From: Octopus vulgaris
Taxonomy: Eukaryota
Assembly (NCBI GenBank): GCA_951406725.2
Contig: OX597827.1
Span: 41,912,001-41,976,000, forward strand
Direction: 5' to 3'
Length of the DNA: 64,000 nucleotides
Shown: positions 40,524 to 55,875 of the stretch, one piece after another
Layout of the letters: every line of letters starts with the position of its first letter
How positions within the stretch are numbered: the stretch's first letter is position 1
Position numbers and translations under genes: made by a program
Notes under the pieces: model-generated
Told to the model about the DNA's origin: nothing
The model's database searches: none
What the model saw: only the letters and a program-made list of their open reading frames with translations

Positions 40524-42044
40524 TCTTTTCCAGTTACAATAAGAGAAATCATTTAACAGAGTTCCGAAATCCGCCACATCTTTGCGCGGATTATGATACA
40601 TTTACGATAAATCTAATTTGCATCTGCTTCTGTAATGTGGTTGTTTGTCATTCTTCTTGGACTGTTCGGATTGTGAACTAACCACATTAAAATTTAATTG
40701 AGTTTTCAAATCTGCTATTAGCCTGCATCGTTATATTTACAAATGCACGTCCAGTAAATTAATGGATCAACGTTCAACGAATATATTGGTTAGGAATCTT
40801 CTCTATATAATTTGCTGGGTAACGTTACGAATGTAATGTAAGGAATTTAAATCACTGCATATATAATTAATATGGTTCTGGATATGACAAGTTAAGGAGG
40901 GCGCCTTTTGTCGAGTATGACATAAGCACTTTACACAAGAAAAGTGTATGAGAAGAAGAGAGGAAAACTCACTGATACGATCGATGTAGATTCCAATGGA
41001 TGTTTTATGACTCGATGGTAAGGCTGAATTTGCTAGTCTTTTTATAATTGTTAACTGTTCTTCTAGAAACTTCGACCAAACTGTTTAGCGGCAAAACTCG
41101 TATATTTCCTTTGTGGAGTGCCGCACTAACCATAAGTGTTGATTGGTCGAGTCATATTCACGTAAGTGTTTATACCGTTTTACAGCAACGCTTTTCTATT
41201 ATGGAACTATAGTACTTTCTAATTCGAGGCAAGGAAAATTCGAGAGCTATTATTCAAATCTCAAGGCGAAGACTCATTACACTTTCATAGTCGTTGACGT
41301 ATTTGGTTGTATCATGAAGAATTTAAGTAGTAGTCGCAGAAAGTCGTGGTTTTACAAAGAAAATAAGAAACAATCTCTCACAATTTCAAAACCTGCACCT
41401 TCTCTACCCAGGTTATAAATATACGTTTCTACCCGTAATCGATTAGGGTACATCGTTATGATAACGCTTTGAAGCATTAGTTTCAGTTATCAATGATTCT
41501 TCTGGCAAAGTAAGAAAAAACCCATTTCATCGAAACTTTGCTTAATTTAAAACTGCGAGCTGAACAGTGAAATGATGAGAGTTTTCAACAAATTCAAAGC
41601 GTTGTAGCCTAAAAATCTAGTGGTTATGAGATTTTGATTCCTTAAGAAACAAAATGCTTCTTTGTTAGAAGCGTTATAGGAATTTAAAAAAAAACTAAAC
41701 AACTTCAAAACACAAGATTCTCATGCATACATTTATCCTTTCAACAGTCCATCCATCCAAACAGCCAACCAACCAACCAACCATTCGTCAATCGATCATC
41801 TTCCTCCTCCATGCATACAAACATACATACATGTATACATATATACGAGGAGATAAATGTATTATGGGCGGTCATAGAGACTTGTAGCCGAAGGCATCAA
41901 TAAGACATACAGATTAGTTTATAGATAGTTAGACAGAGATAAATAGAAACACAAAACAGATAGATGGACAGAGAGACAGACAGAGAGACAGACAGACAGA
42001 TAGATAGATAGAAATACAGACAGAGAGATAGATAAGTAAACATA

Positions 42045-42097
<53 letters not shown>

Positions 42098-42106
42098 GTA
42101 TGTATG

Positions 42107-42145
<39 letters not shown>

Positions 42146-42262
42146 ACATATATATGTATGTATGCATAGATGTATACATTTGTGCATATATGTATACATG
42201 TGTATATGTATATATGTATCGGAGCTTGTGTGTCTATATTTATATATAATTTCCTATATATA

Positions 42263-42297
<35 letters not shown>

Positions 42298-42642
42298 GCA
42301 CATTCATAAATGCATGTGTATACCTGAATACACTCACACACATGCATACAGCAAACAATCGCAAATACAACTAAACAAATAGCTATCTATCATTCCGTAA
42401 GTGTGCATCCAGAAATGTATATGTCGATATAAAAACATATACACACACATCCACAATATACAGAAACACACACAGGCACACGAACACACACACTCACATA
42501 TATATATGTAGATATAAATGAATATATACATATATGTATATATGTATGTGTATATATATATATACGTATGTACGCATATATATCCATGTCTATATATACT
42601 TATATCTCTATCTGTAGTTTATATATATATGCATATACATAT

Positions 42643-42656
<14 letters not shown>

Positions 42657-42693
<37 letters not shown>

Positions 42694-42928
42694 TTATGTA
42701 TGTATTTATGTATGCATATATATGTATGTATATATATATATACATATATATATGCATATATACATATATATGTATGTGTATGTCTGTGTGCGTGTATGTA
42801 TATGTGTATGTATATATGGAGTCTGAAATATATATATATATATATATATATATAGTCAGACTCCATATATACATACACATATCCATACACGCACACACAC
42901 ATACATATATATATATATGTATATATGC

Positions 42929-42959
<31 letters not shown>

Positions 42960-43023
42960 CATACATATATATGCATACATAAATACATACATAAATACAT
43001 ACATACATACACACACACACACA
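42657..43023. repeat. Long quasi-palindrome (~170-bp arms) with (TA)n spacer
   Basis: ..gtatatatggagtctga-(AT-rich spacer)-tcagactccatatatac..; the compound microsatellite pattern is mirrored across both arms. Confidence 0.85.
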
Positions 43024-43046
43024 AATATATACATATATATATATAC

Positions 43047-43126
<80 letters not shown>

Positions 43127-43444
43127 TGTGAGAAAAAAGTTATCAGGACAGAAAGTTAGCTAGCTTTGATAAACAGATTTGTTTACAGATATATAAACAG
43201 ATCAATATATATAGATAATTATATTGGTGTATACGTTTATAGACAAACAGAGAGATAGACACACCATACAGGCAGGTAAGAGCTACGTATATATACACTC
43301 GCATGCACATACATGCGCGCAAAGACGCACACATACTCCTACACTTATATAAATATACTCTTGTATACTCATATGTCAAGAAAATAAATTACTAAACAGA
43401 AACACCAATACACGCATAGAAACATTTGTATGCGTGTGTGTATG

Positions 43445-43484
<40 letters not shown>

Positions 43485-43681
43485 CATGGATACATACATA
43501 TATGTATTTATTTATATATATATATATACATGTGTGTATGTATATATATATATATCTTTTCATTTACGACGTAGTTGAGTAAATTGATAGCTTTTATATA
43601 CAAGTAGATGCATATATGTATGCATATATATATGCATATATATATACATGTACATATATATATGTATGTGTATATGTGTAG

Positions 43682-43715
<34 letters not shown>

Positions 43716-43736
43716 GAATATATATGCATATACATA

Positions 43737-43768
<32 letters not shown>

Positions 43769-43898
43769 CTTCCCATCGTGGCGCTGTCGTCGCCGACGAA
43801 CGTGTCGGTGGCGGCCACACTGTTATACATAGATATGCAAATGTATATAAATGTGTGTGACTGTGTATATGCACATATATTTCAGAAAACTTGAGAGG

Positions 43899-43954
<56 letters not shown>

Positions 43955-44324
43955 TAGATAGATAGAGAGAGTCAGGGTGATAAAGAGTGAGAGAGACAAA
44001 GGAATAGTGAGAGGGAGAGTAATAGATAGATAGATAGATAGAGAGAAAGAGAGAGAGAGAGAAATGTAGAGAGAAACAGAGACAAACAGACAGACAAATG
44101 GTTATTTTTACCATAGTCTAAAATCGCCAGACTATTTACAACTGTGTACAACAATATAACCTTGTTAGTCTGGTTGGTTTGAATACTTAGATGTGTTGGC
44201 ATGAAACTAATTTGGGATGTTGGAATCAACTGTAAAGACCAACCTATACAAGGAATAGAAAGAGAAGTAAAAAAAAAAACATTAGAATTTTTACCTCCAG
44301 GCATCTATGCAAATGAAAAAAAAA

Positions 44325-44358
<34 letters not shown>

Positions 44359-44986
44359 GTTGTTGTTGTTGTTGTTGTTGTTGTTCTTGTGATTTTTTTT
44401 GTTCGTTGCTATTAATATTGATTTTTAAGAGAGGCACAGAACAGAATCTTGTATGATTTATAGTAAGAGCGAGGACAATTATAAAAAGTATCGTTGATTT
44501 TAACTTGTATAATTAGCGAAGTAATTGTAGCTATTATTTAAAGAAAAAGCACGATAGCTGTAATTAATCAAGATTATGTTCGTACAGAATAGAGGTGAAT
44601 ATTATTATTTTAAGCAAATGCGGTAGAGTACAGTATACATGGATTTTAAAACTGAGTTCGGCTGAAGTTCCTAAGTAAGAGCTGACGGTTTTCAAAAAGT
44701 ATTTAAAAACATTTACCAGTAAGCAAGGGAAATAAATCCAATGCAATCAAATAATTGAAATGTTTTGCTGTTGGCAATGAGTCAGCAGATGAGAGTGCGG
44801 TTGTATTTAATGTCAAGTGGTGAAACAAATTGACGTGTTTCAGCCTCATTAGGTTATTTTAGCAAAGTATAGATATTTTCCCCATTAGGCAAAACCAGGA
44901 GAGACTACGGCTAGTAAGCCGAAACTTCGAAGTTATTGTCAGCATTTTCCCTGAAAATATTAATGAATATACAAGAGTACGAATTA

Positions 44987-45146
44987 GGCCTAGGAGTGGC
45001 TGTGTTTTAAGTAGCTTGCTTACCAACCACATGTTTCCGGTTCCAGTCCCACTGCGTGGAACCTTGGGCAAGTGCCTTCTACTATAGCCTTGTGTCGACC
45101 AAAGCCTTATGAGTGGATTTGATGGGCGGAAACTGAAAGAAGCCTG

Positions 45147-45197
<51 letters not shown>

Positions 45198-45338
45198 TGT
45201 ATATATGTTTCTGTGTCTGTGTTTGTCCCCCCGTATCACTTGGCAACCTATGCTGGTGCTTTTACGTCCTTGTAACTTAGCCGGGATCCAGCATGGCCAC
45301 AGAAAAATGACTGAAACAAGTAAAAGAATAAAAGAATA
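44987..45338 (+). mobile_element. SINE family A (internally deleted)
   Basis: ggagtggctgtgttttaagtagcttgcttacc..cagcatggccacag..gaaacaagtaaaagaataaaag. Confidence 0.85.
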
Positions 45339-45521
45339 GAAGACTATACTCTACTAAAAAGTAGAGTTTTTAAATTCAGCGTTAAATTGCTTCTATTTAT
45401 AAATTCACATAAAATCACATATCAATCTATATGATGGATGAACAAAAACAAGAAAAACACAAAAGAGACAAATTTTAAGAAAGGTGTTATTAGTATAACT
45501 CTTGAGAGAAAAAGTGAAATT

Positions 45522-45561
45522 GTTTTAAACGTTTCGGATATTAGTCCTTCACCAGAAAAAC
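45522..45561 (-). ncRNA. Hammerhead-like motif within a pLTR-like element (~45430-45600)
   Basis: Minus strand GTTTTT-CTGGTGA-A-GGA..TCC-GAAA-CG-TT-TAAAAC; flank gtgttattagtataac..gagaaaaag resembles the 56870 family. Confidence 0.55.
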
Positions 45562-46538
45562 GAAAAAGAAAACGGAAGGTGGTGGAAAGAAGGGAAGAAG
45601 TTTAAGGGCTGGATGGGAAAGAGATATGAAGAGAGAAAGTGTTGGGAAGTTGTGTAACTTTTATAGAAGGGCATCCATGTAGAGAGATAGGCAGAGGGGT
45701 ACTGGGAGTGTAAGCGGTGTGGGTACGGATGCGTGTGCGTATATACGGATGCTATGCTTATTAATAAGTACAAACATGATAATATCTCTCATATAAAACG
45801 TAGTTAGTTGAGAGACTTTGTTCAAATGAAAATATCAAAGCAATTAGAAGACAAAAAAATTCTTAGTTCGTTTAAAATAATAAAAAGCAAAAAGAAAAGT
45901 AATGTAGCAACTCCAGCACCCGAACTTCAGGAGAAGGATTGGTAAAAAGAAGAAAAAGAAACTCGCAATTTTGAGTTCCATTTTCTTACCTGAATACACC
46001 TATAGTCATGAATGTTGGGTGATGACTGAAAAAGTATGATGGGGAATAAAAGCAGCCGAAATGGCGTCCCACCAAAGGATCTCTAGAGTAATAGTACATA
46101 ACAGGGTGCATAACTCGAAAATTAGGGAGTTTTTCCACGTCGAACCATTACTTCGCACTAATAAATCATAGATCCTGTACCTTGTGTTTAGAATGTCGCA
46201 GGGAAGAATTACAAGGCGGATTCTTTAAGCCGAGCCTAGCTAGGAATAGATCAAATGCGAGATAGTTGGATAATGTCCATAGTCTTTATTGGCCACGCTT
46301 TGGAATACAGCTGGAAATTCTATTGGCGGTTGCTTCTGATTGGACCTTATGGAGGAGGTGCCTGAGAAATGTAACCCCACGAGCCTCCCAAGAATTATAG
46401 GTGGAGTAGATGGGTGGATGGAAAAAGGAAGAAAGGTTACTCCGATAAAATCAGTAGACATTGTAGATTTGAATGAGGTTAGTCTCCGATACGAACTGAT
46501 GTAAGTAACGAATAGGTGTGTTAGGCGTATCTTCGAAG

Positions 46539-47163
46539 TACGAGGTGGTATGGAAAACTTCCCGGACTAGTTCTATAGCGCGCCAACAAATAGCAGTACA
46601 CGGTTGCGATCGCAGTGAGAGTTAGCAGCGACCTTCATGAAGCAGTGTGCCGAGTGACATCGCTGTGTTTACTTGGCTGGTTGTGAAATTTTTGTTTTTT
46701 AGTGATCACGTGTTTGTTGTAGTCTGCGATTTTGTCATGGACGGGAACAAAGAGCCAACGTGAAATTTGGCGTTAAACTTGGAAAGTCTGCTACAGAGAC
46801 ATTAAACATGCTTTGGCAAGCTTACAGCGACGAGACAATGGGTCATACGCAATGTTTTGAATGGCACGGGTGTTTCAAAAGCAGAAGTACGTTGCTGGAT
46901 GACGATGAGTGATCTGGAAATGTGGTACTGTACGACTAGAATAGGCCTCTCAGGACCGGGCCGTTAACCGTGAGTTAACATTCGACCGGCCGTTAACATT
47001 CGACGAAAGCGACCGGATCTGTGGAACATGAAGGTTTGGATTCTTCACGACGACAATGCACCCTGTCACCCTGTCCGAAGGAGATGATGTTAAAACTTCG
47101 GTAAATAAGTTATTATTTTTATTAAACATAACTAGTCCGGGAACCTTTTGACGCTATTTCGTA
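46539..47163 (+). mobile_element. Internally deleted mariner transposon with both TIRs
   Basis: TIRs TACGAGGTGGTATGGAAAACTTCCCGGACTAGT and reverse-complement TACGAAATAGCGTCAAAAGGTTCCCGGACTAGT; transposase pieces RANVKFGVKLGKSATETLNML..CFEWHGCFK..DDE*SG and KRPDLW..WILHDDNAPCH. Confidence 0.9.
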
Positions 47164-47498
47164 TGTATATAAAATATACTTCAAAGAAAGCAGCAGAGAA
47201 GAGCGTATAATACAAATATAATATAGCAATTTTCTTATTATCATAAATATACTACAGCCCCAGTTATATGTTATGAGTTAAAAATCTTTAAGCACTTTAT
47301 ATTATCTCTTCAACTCGTTAGCTTGGAATAAAATTATCTGTATTTCACTAATGAAACTCGAAGTAACGGCATTGCTATTGAGTATAATTATATGCGCGCG
47401 CACAGACACACACACACACACGCACGCACGAACACACACACACATACGCATGCACGCACACACACACACACACGCACGAACACACACACACACACACG

Positions 47499-47564
<66 letters not shown>

Positions 47565-47874
47565 CACACAAACATACATACACATACATATATACGTAAA
47601 GGAGTGAAACGATGGCGGACAAGTTTCAACAATGATGTTGTTATGACGTCTTTGGATTTGGTTTGCAAGATTCTTTATGTGAGTCCGTATGTTGAAGCAT
47701 ATACTGTTGTGTCTGGGGAGAGTCCTTCTCCTATAGTGCTACATAATTTTACACACTCACCGGTAAAATTTCCACTTATTTTCTTCGTTATTTTTCTAAA
47801 ATTTTCGTTGCGTCTTGCAACCTTTTCAATAGTTTTGACTCAGTTATTATGACACTTGAAAGAAAGAGAGAGGC

Positions 47875-47910
47875 CTTTCAACGTTTTGACATTGGTCCTT
47901 CATCAGAAAA
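47875..47910 (-). ncRNA. Degenerate hammerhead motif
   Basis: Minus strand TTTT-CTGATGA-A-GGAC-CAAT-GTC-AAAA-CG-TT-GAAAG. Confidence 0.5.
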
Positions 47911-48521
47911 AAGAGAAAGGAGGCAATGCAGAAGAGAAAGATTGAGAGAAGAAACGAAAAATATATACATTTATATTGTTGACTTCGTAAGAATTTATAA
48001 ACTTTCGAGAGAACGTGGAATACGTCGACTTATTCTATTCAAGAGAGAATTATACATGCACTCATGCATACACACACGTATACATACATATATATATATA
48101 TGACAAAACAGACTCATAAGAGGCTGATTTTAATAAAATTGATGAAAAGAAAAAAGTGAACTTGCCATGTGGAGTGGAAAATGAAAGGTTTTGGGCAGAG
48201 TTTTGGGAAAAGGGCTTGGATTTACAAGGCGTTCTATCTAATATGTCAGCCATAACGGCAATTTTAAGCAAGAGAGTACTCGGTGGCACGTGGCAGGGCA
48301 AACATATTTACTTGTGGCTGGATATTCCATTTTTCCTTAGAACTACTTTGTTTCACCAAGATGTGGCTCTTCAGGTAATGGTGGTTTCATGGCAAAGAAT
48401 TCATCAAGGTATCTTTTCACGTCATCCAAGGAATTGAAATTTTTTACCATTAAGACTATTCTGCAGAGACCTCAATATATAAATATATAAATATTACACC
48501 TATATAAGATTTCCTTTTGCG

Positions 48522-48566
<45 letters not shown>

Positions 48567-48596
48567 TACACAAATATACATACATAGATATTTGTA

Positions 48597-48649
<53 letters not shown>

Positions 48650-49049
48650 GTATACACACATATATATATTCTTTATATATACATATAGACATACACACAT
48701 AGATATAGTCATATATATGTTTATATATATATATATATTAATAGACATATGACTAAAGATGTCCGCATGTGTGTGCATTATATATATATATATATATACA
48801 CGCTCACATATACAAGAATAGAGGTGTGTGTGTGTGTATAGTTGTAATAGAGCTATCTCATAAAAGGCAAAATATTTGTTTACCTGCTTACAAAAAAAAA
48901 AACAAAGAAAAAGAAAGGAGAATGAAAATAAAATTGATAAACAAAATCGACAACATCAAAACAAAAAATTCGGAAAAAAGTTTAATAATAGAACAGTAGA
49001 AAATCGATAATAATAGTGTAAAGACAAATGTAGAACAATATTGAGAAAA

Positions 49050-49575
49050 TAACAACTGTACAACCACTACCTCCACCACCACCGCCACAACCACAGCTAC
49101 CCCCACTGACAAAAACAATAACAACAACAACATCAATAACAACAGGTACAACACTACGACTATTATCGTCACCACCGCCAACACCACCATCGCCAACACT
49201 ACACCGCCAACACCACCCCTGCCAACACCACCACCGCCAACACCAACACCGCCAACACCACCCCTGCCAACACCACCGCCGCCAACACCACCACCGCCAG
49301 AACCACCACCACCACCAACACCACCACCGCCAACACCAACAACAACAACACCACCACCAACAACAACAAGAACATGAACAACAACAACAAAGCGCCTCCT
49401 AGTCACCACCATCACCACCACCACCATCCCCACCACAATCAAAGGCACCACCATCGCCACATTCAAAACCACCACAACATCCACCACCACTATCACCATC
49501 ACCACCACCACCACCAGAAACAACGACAACAACAACAACAACAGCAACAACAACATTACCACTATTACCAGCAAA
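49050..49575. repeat. (CAC/CAA)n compound tract with ccaacaccaccaccg-type minirepeats
   Basis: Directly visible. Confidence 0.9.
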
Positions 49576-50097
49576 ACATGAATGGAAATTTCGAGGAAGA
49601 AAAATAAAAAGAATAATGTTTAAAGATTAAACTGGTATTTGATCAACAACATTAGATACGTGTATATGTATGTGTATACGCACACGTGCGTGTATTTGAG
49701 TGTGTGTGTGTATGTGTGGATATACGTGTTTGTATGTGAATGAGTGTGTATTGTTAGAAAATGTGTACACACGTATGTAGGCATATATGTAATATATGCA
49801 CGTATATATATATGTATATATATATATGCGTGTGTGTGTGTACACGCGCATGTGTATGTGAGTGTGTGCGTGTATATAGATAGATGTATATATGTATATA
49901 TATATATATATACAAACGTATATATGCATGTGTATATATGTATATATGTATAATTATATATATGCATATATATATATACATATATGTATATATATATATG
50001 CATATATATATATATACAAACACACACATATGTGTGTGTATGTGTGTGTGTGTGCGTGTGCGTGCGAATGTGTATGTGAGTATGTGTGTATATAGTA

Positions 50098-50138
<41 letters not shown>

Positions 50139-50383
50139 TATCTATACACATACACATACACACATATTTATATATCTATACACCCGACAAATTTCTTTAA
50201 TAAAATATACGTTCAGGAAAGTGGATAATACTACAAATGAATACCTCAAGTGTATATGAAATATTTACGGATATGGAAATATGTATATATGTATGTATGT
50301 ATGTATATATACACGTACATATACAATTATATGTGTACAGTATATGCATTTAGATATATATAAACAAATATAAAATAAATAAA

Positions 50384-50631
50384 TGCGCCCTTTTAAAGCC
50401 TAGCCAGGATCATGGGCCCGGTTTCCCGGTTTCTATGGCGCATTTTTCCCCCCCAACTGGACGAGACGCCAGTCCATCGCAGCGTTATTCATTTTTGCCA
50501 GTTGAGTGGACTGGAGCAACGTGAAATGAAGTGTTTTGCCCAAGAACACAACGGGTCGTCCGGTCCAGGATTCGAAACCATAATCTTACGATCATGATGC
50601 TGGCACCCTAACCACTAAGCCACGCGCCTCC
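50384..50631 (-). mobile_element. tRNA-derived SINE, family D variant
   Basis: Minus strand GGAGGCGCGTGGCTTAGTGGTTAGGGTG..GGTTTCGAATCC..GTGTTCTTGGGCAAAACACTTCATTTCACGTTGCTCC. Confidence 0.8.
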
Positions 50632-50659
50632 ACATATAAACATAGTGCATATATATGAT

Positions 50660-50932
50660 GGACTCTCCTGTCAAACGACGTATAAGGGTTCGAAATAGTG
50701 ATCAGATGATTTGTTTATGGTGATCAGATATTTGTGTAGACATAAGCTCACTCCCTGCATCAGATCGACGTTACCTGTACTGCAACTGGGTGCTGTATAT
50801 CAGATGTCGAAATGATCGCAGAGCAACGTGAAATGAAGTGCTTTGCGAAAGAAGACAACGCAACGCCCGGTATGGGAATCGAATCCACGATCTCGCAATT
50901 GCGAGTTCAACACCTTAACCACTAAGCCATGT
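50660..50932 (-). mobile_element. tRNA-derived SINE, family D variant with a different tail
   Basis: Minus strand CATGGCTTAGTGGTTAAGGTGTTG..GGATTCGATTCCC..GCACTTCATTTCACGTTGCTC. Confidence 0.7.
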
Positions 50933-50959
50933 GTCTTCCCATACATAAGTATATTTGCT

Positions 50960-51027
<68 letters not shown>

Positions 51028-51088
51028 CATGTACACCCACACACACATACATACATAGACACACGCTCGTGCACAAACACGCATATTC

Positions 51089-52490
51089 ATTTCTACTCAA
51101 GGCACATAGGCCCGAAATTTTGGGTAGCAGGCCAGTCGATTAGATCGGCTCCAGTAAGCAACTGGTACTTAATTTATCCACCCCGAAAGGATGAAAGACA
51201 AAGTCGACCTCGGACACACACATACATGTATTGTCTGGTATGTAATATTAATAAGAGCATTAGCTGTAATAATGAGAGTAGAGAAAATGCTTGCTACGAT
51301 GGGGACAAGACCCAAAAGTTTGCGGAAAAGGGGCTTGACGAATACTTCAAGGCTCAGTGTTCAGCTACTACACTCCGAAGGAAGAAAGGCAAAGTCAACT
51401 TCGGTGGCATTTGAACTCGGAACGTAAAAGACGGGCGAAACGGTGCTAAGCATTTTGTCCGGCAAGCCAACGGTTCTGCTTCTGACAGCTATTATAATCC
51501 TTTCTACTTTAGATCGACTCCAGTGCGCAACTGGTACTTAATTTATCGACACCGAAAGGATGAAAGGCAAAGTCAACCCCTGCGGCATTTGAACTCAGAA
51601 CGTGAAGACAGACGAAATAAGTATTTTTCTCGGCGTGCTAACAATTCCGCCAGCTCACCCGCCTTATTTCTTATTTCTTTATTGCCCACAAGGGGCTAAA
51701 CATAGAGGGGACAAACAAGGACAGGACAAACGGATTAAGTCGACTACATCGACCCCACTGCGTAACTGGTACTTAATTTATCGACCCCCTAAAGGATCAA
51801 AGTCAAAGTAGACCTCGGCGGAATTTGAACTCAGAACGTAACGGCAGACGAAATACCTATTTCTTTACTACCCAGAAGGGGCTAAACAAAGAGAGGACAA
51901 ACAAGGACAGACCAGCGGATTAAGTCGATTACATCGACCCCAGTGCGTAACTGGTACTTAATTTATCGACCCCGAAAGGATCAAAGTCAAAGTCAACCTC
52001 GCCGGAATTTGAACTCAGAACGTAACGGCAGACGAAATACCTATTTCTTTACTACCCACAAGGGGCTAAACGCAGAGAGGACAAACAAGGACAGACAAAC
52101 GGATTAAGTCAACTACATCGACCCCACTGCGTAACTGGTACTTAATTTATCGACCCCGAAAGGATTAAAGGCAAAGTAGACCTCGGTGGAATTTGAACTC
52201 AGAACGTAAAGACAGAAGAAATACCGCTAAGCATTTTGCCCGGCGCGCTAACCTTTCGCCACCTTGCCATTTATTCTTTTCTACTCCAGGCACAAGGCCC
52301 GAAATGTTTTGGGGAGGTGGCCAGTCGATTAGTTCGACCCCAGCACGCAACTGGTACTTAATTTATCAACCCCGAAAGGATGAAAGGTAAAGTCGACCCC
52401 GGCAGCATTTGAACTCAGAACGCGAAGACAGACGAAATAGCACTAAGCATTTCGCCCGGCGCGCTAACGGTTAGGCCAGCTCACCCGCCT
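51089..52490 (-). repeat. Tandem array of about 7 SINE family B units (~185-bp core units)
   Basis: Repeated actggtacttaatttatcgaccccgaaagg..gaatttgaactcagaacgtaa; junctions gaaatacctatttctttactaccc. Confidence 0.92.
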
Positions 52491-52499
52491 TGCCAGTTA

Positions 52500-54395
<1,896 letters not shown>

Positions 54396-54564
54396 CTTGT
54401 AAATCATAGAGAAAATAATGAATTAAGTAATCTAATCAACATATACATCAGTCTCACGATCCAGGATTAGTGCAACGATTTCTGGGTAACATTTAAAATT
54501 TTAATAATGGATACGGTTTGTTACGCTACTGACATAGATTCAAAAATCAATATATAATCTCCTT

Positions 54565-54637
<73 letters not shown>

Positions 54638-54741
54638 TATATATATATACACGGGCGCACACACACACACTCACACATATATATGCATACTTACATATAC
54701 ATATATATATATACATACATGCATGTTTATATATTAAATTC

Positions 54742-54772
<31 letters not shown>

Positions 54773-54780
54773 AACATATA

Positions 54781-55795
54781 TATGGTAAATGAAAGACGGA
54801 AGATGGAAGATACGAAAATTTGCCTTAATCATTACAATTGTTCCTACACATCTAGCATTCCCTCGCGGTTGGGATACTTAACTGCTTCAGGAGCATCCGA
54901 CGGTGCAGATGTGTCTCTTCGGGTGATTAATCAGTATAACTCGTTAAAATAACAGTTTCACAGTGTATCTTCTCGTTTCGTGTAAAGAAATGCAGCAAAT
55001 TAAATATCATATCTTCATTTATATAGAAAATCAATTATAAAATAAGATTCTCTAAAAAGAAGCGAACACAATACAATGAGAATAGAACTAGAAATAACCG
55101 TTAACGGATATGGATGAATAAACACCCACGCGCAAGCTGCATGGCGCATGTACAATCTCGCTCATACAAGCATACACGAAGATGTAAGCATGCACACACG
55201 TGTGGTTTGGCGCGCACACGTCCACATAGCGATTTGAATAGCTACTTAGTGTTTATAAGCTAAACTTAAAGTAAATTATCTTAACAGCTATTCAAATTCA
55301 TTCCCACTGCATTGTGCGAAAGTATATTTATATGCTTGTAAGTGTCTTGCGAGTCTTTCAGAAATTCTATTAATGATCACATTAGTCAACAAAATAAACA
55401 GGGATTCATCGGAACAGAGTCGGCATTTCCTGGAAATGATATGTGGTTTTGCGTGCATTACTATGGAACAAGTTATGTTATACTTAATTTTATCCGCCTT
55501 CAGTCGCCACTCAAAATTGGACAAAGATGTGGAATGTCTTATTGATTCTTTTGATGGTGGCGATATGGTTGCGATAACGATTTTTAAATGAATCAGCCGT
55601 TTGCCTAATGTAAACATACGTCCTCCCCTTGTGTGTACGGTACATTTATATACAAGATTTGTACTCATACAGATGTTCATCAATGGGCATTTTGATTTTT
55701 CTCTGCGTGAGCATTTATTATATTTATTTGTGTATATGGCAGTTCTGACTTCCTTTTCCGACGTTGTTAGCGTGTTAGCCATATCATAATAATTT
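54781..55795 (-). mobile_element. Penelope-like element 3' end: GIY-YIG endonuclease remnant (55288-55782) plus pLTR with a decayed hammerhead (54825-54930)
   Basis: CPLMNICMSTNLVYKCTV..RHSTSLS..W.LK..AKP..RKCRLC..E.LFIL..INRISE matches the PLE GIY-YIG/CCHH region; downstream TTAATCA-C-CCGAAGA-G-ACACATCT..AGATGTGT-A-GGAA-CAATTG-TA-A-TGATTAA; ends at (TA)n. Confidence 0.85.
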
Positions 55796-55875
55796 CTACT
55801 ATATATTTATGAGTGAGTGGATAAACGAAAGTAAAAGACACTCACTACACCTAGTAGAAGTTACATGTTTTATCC

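Noticed and set aside
48156-48437. 93-aa complex ORF
   Set aside because: Non-ATG start, no recognisable motif and no clear splice signals
51089-52490. CRISPR-like regular array
   Set aside because: Units are whole SINE bodies with no unique spacers and no cas genes; eukaryotic context
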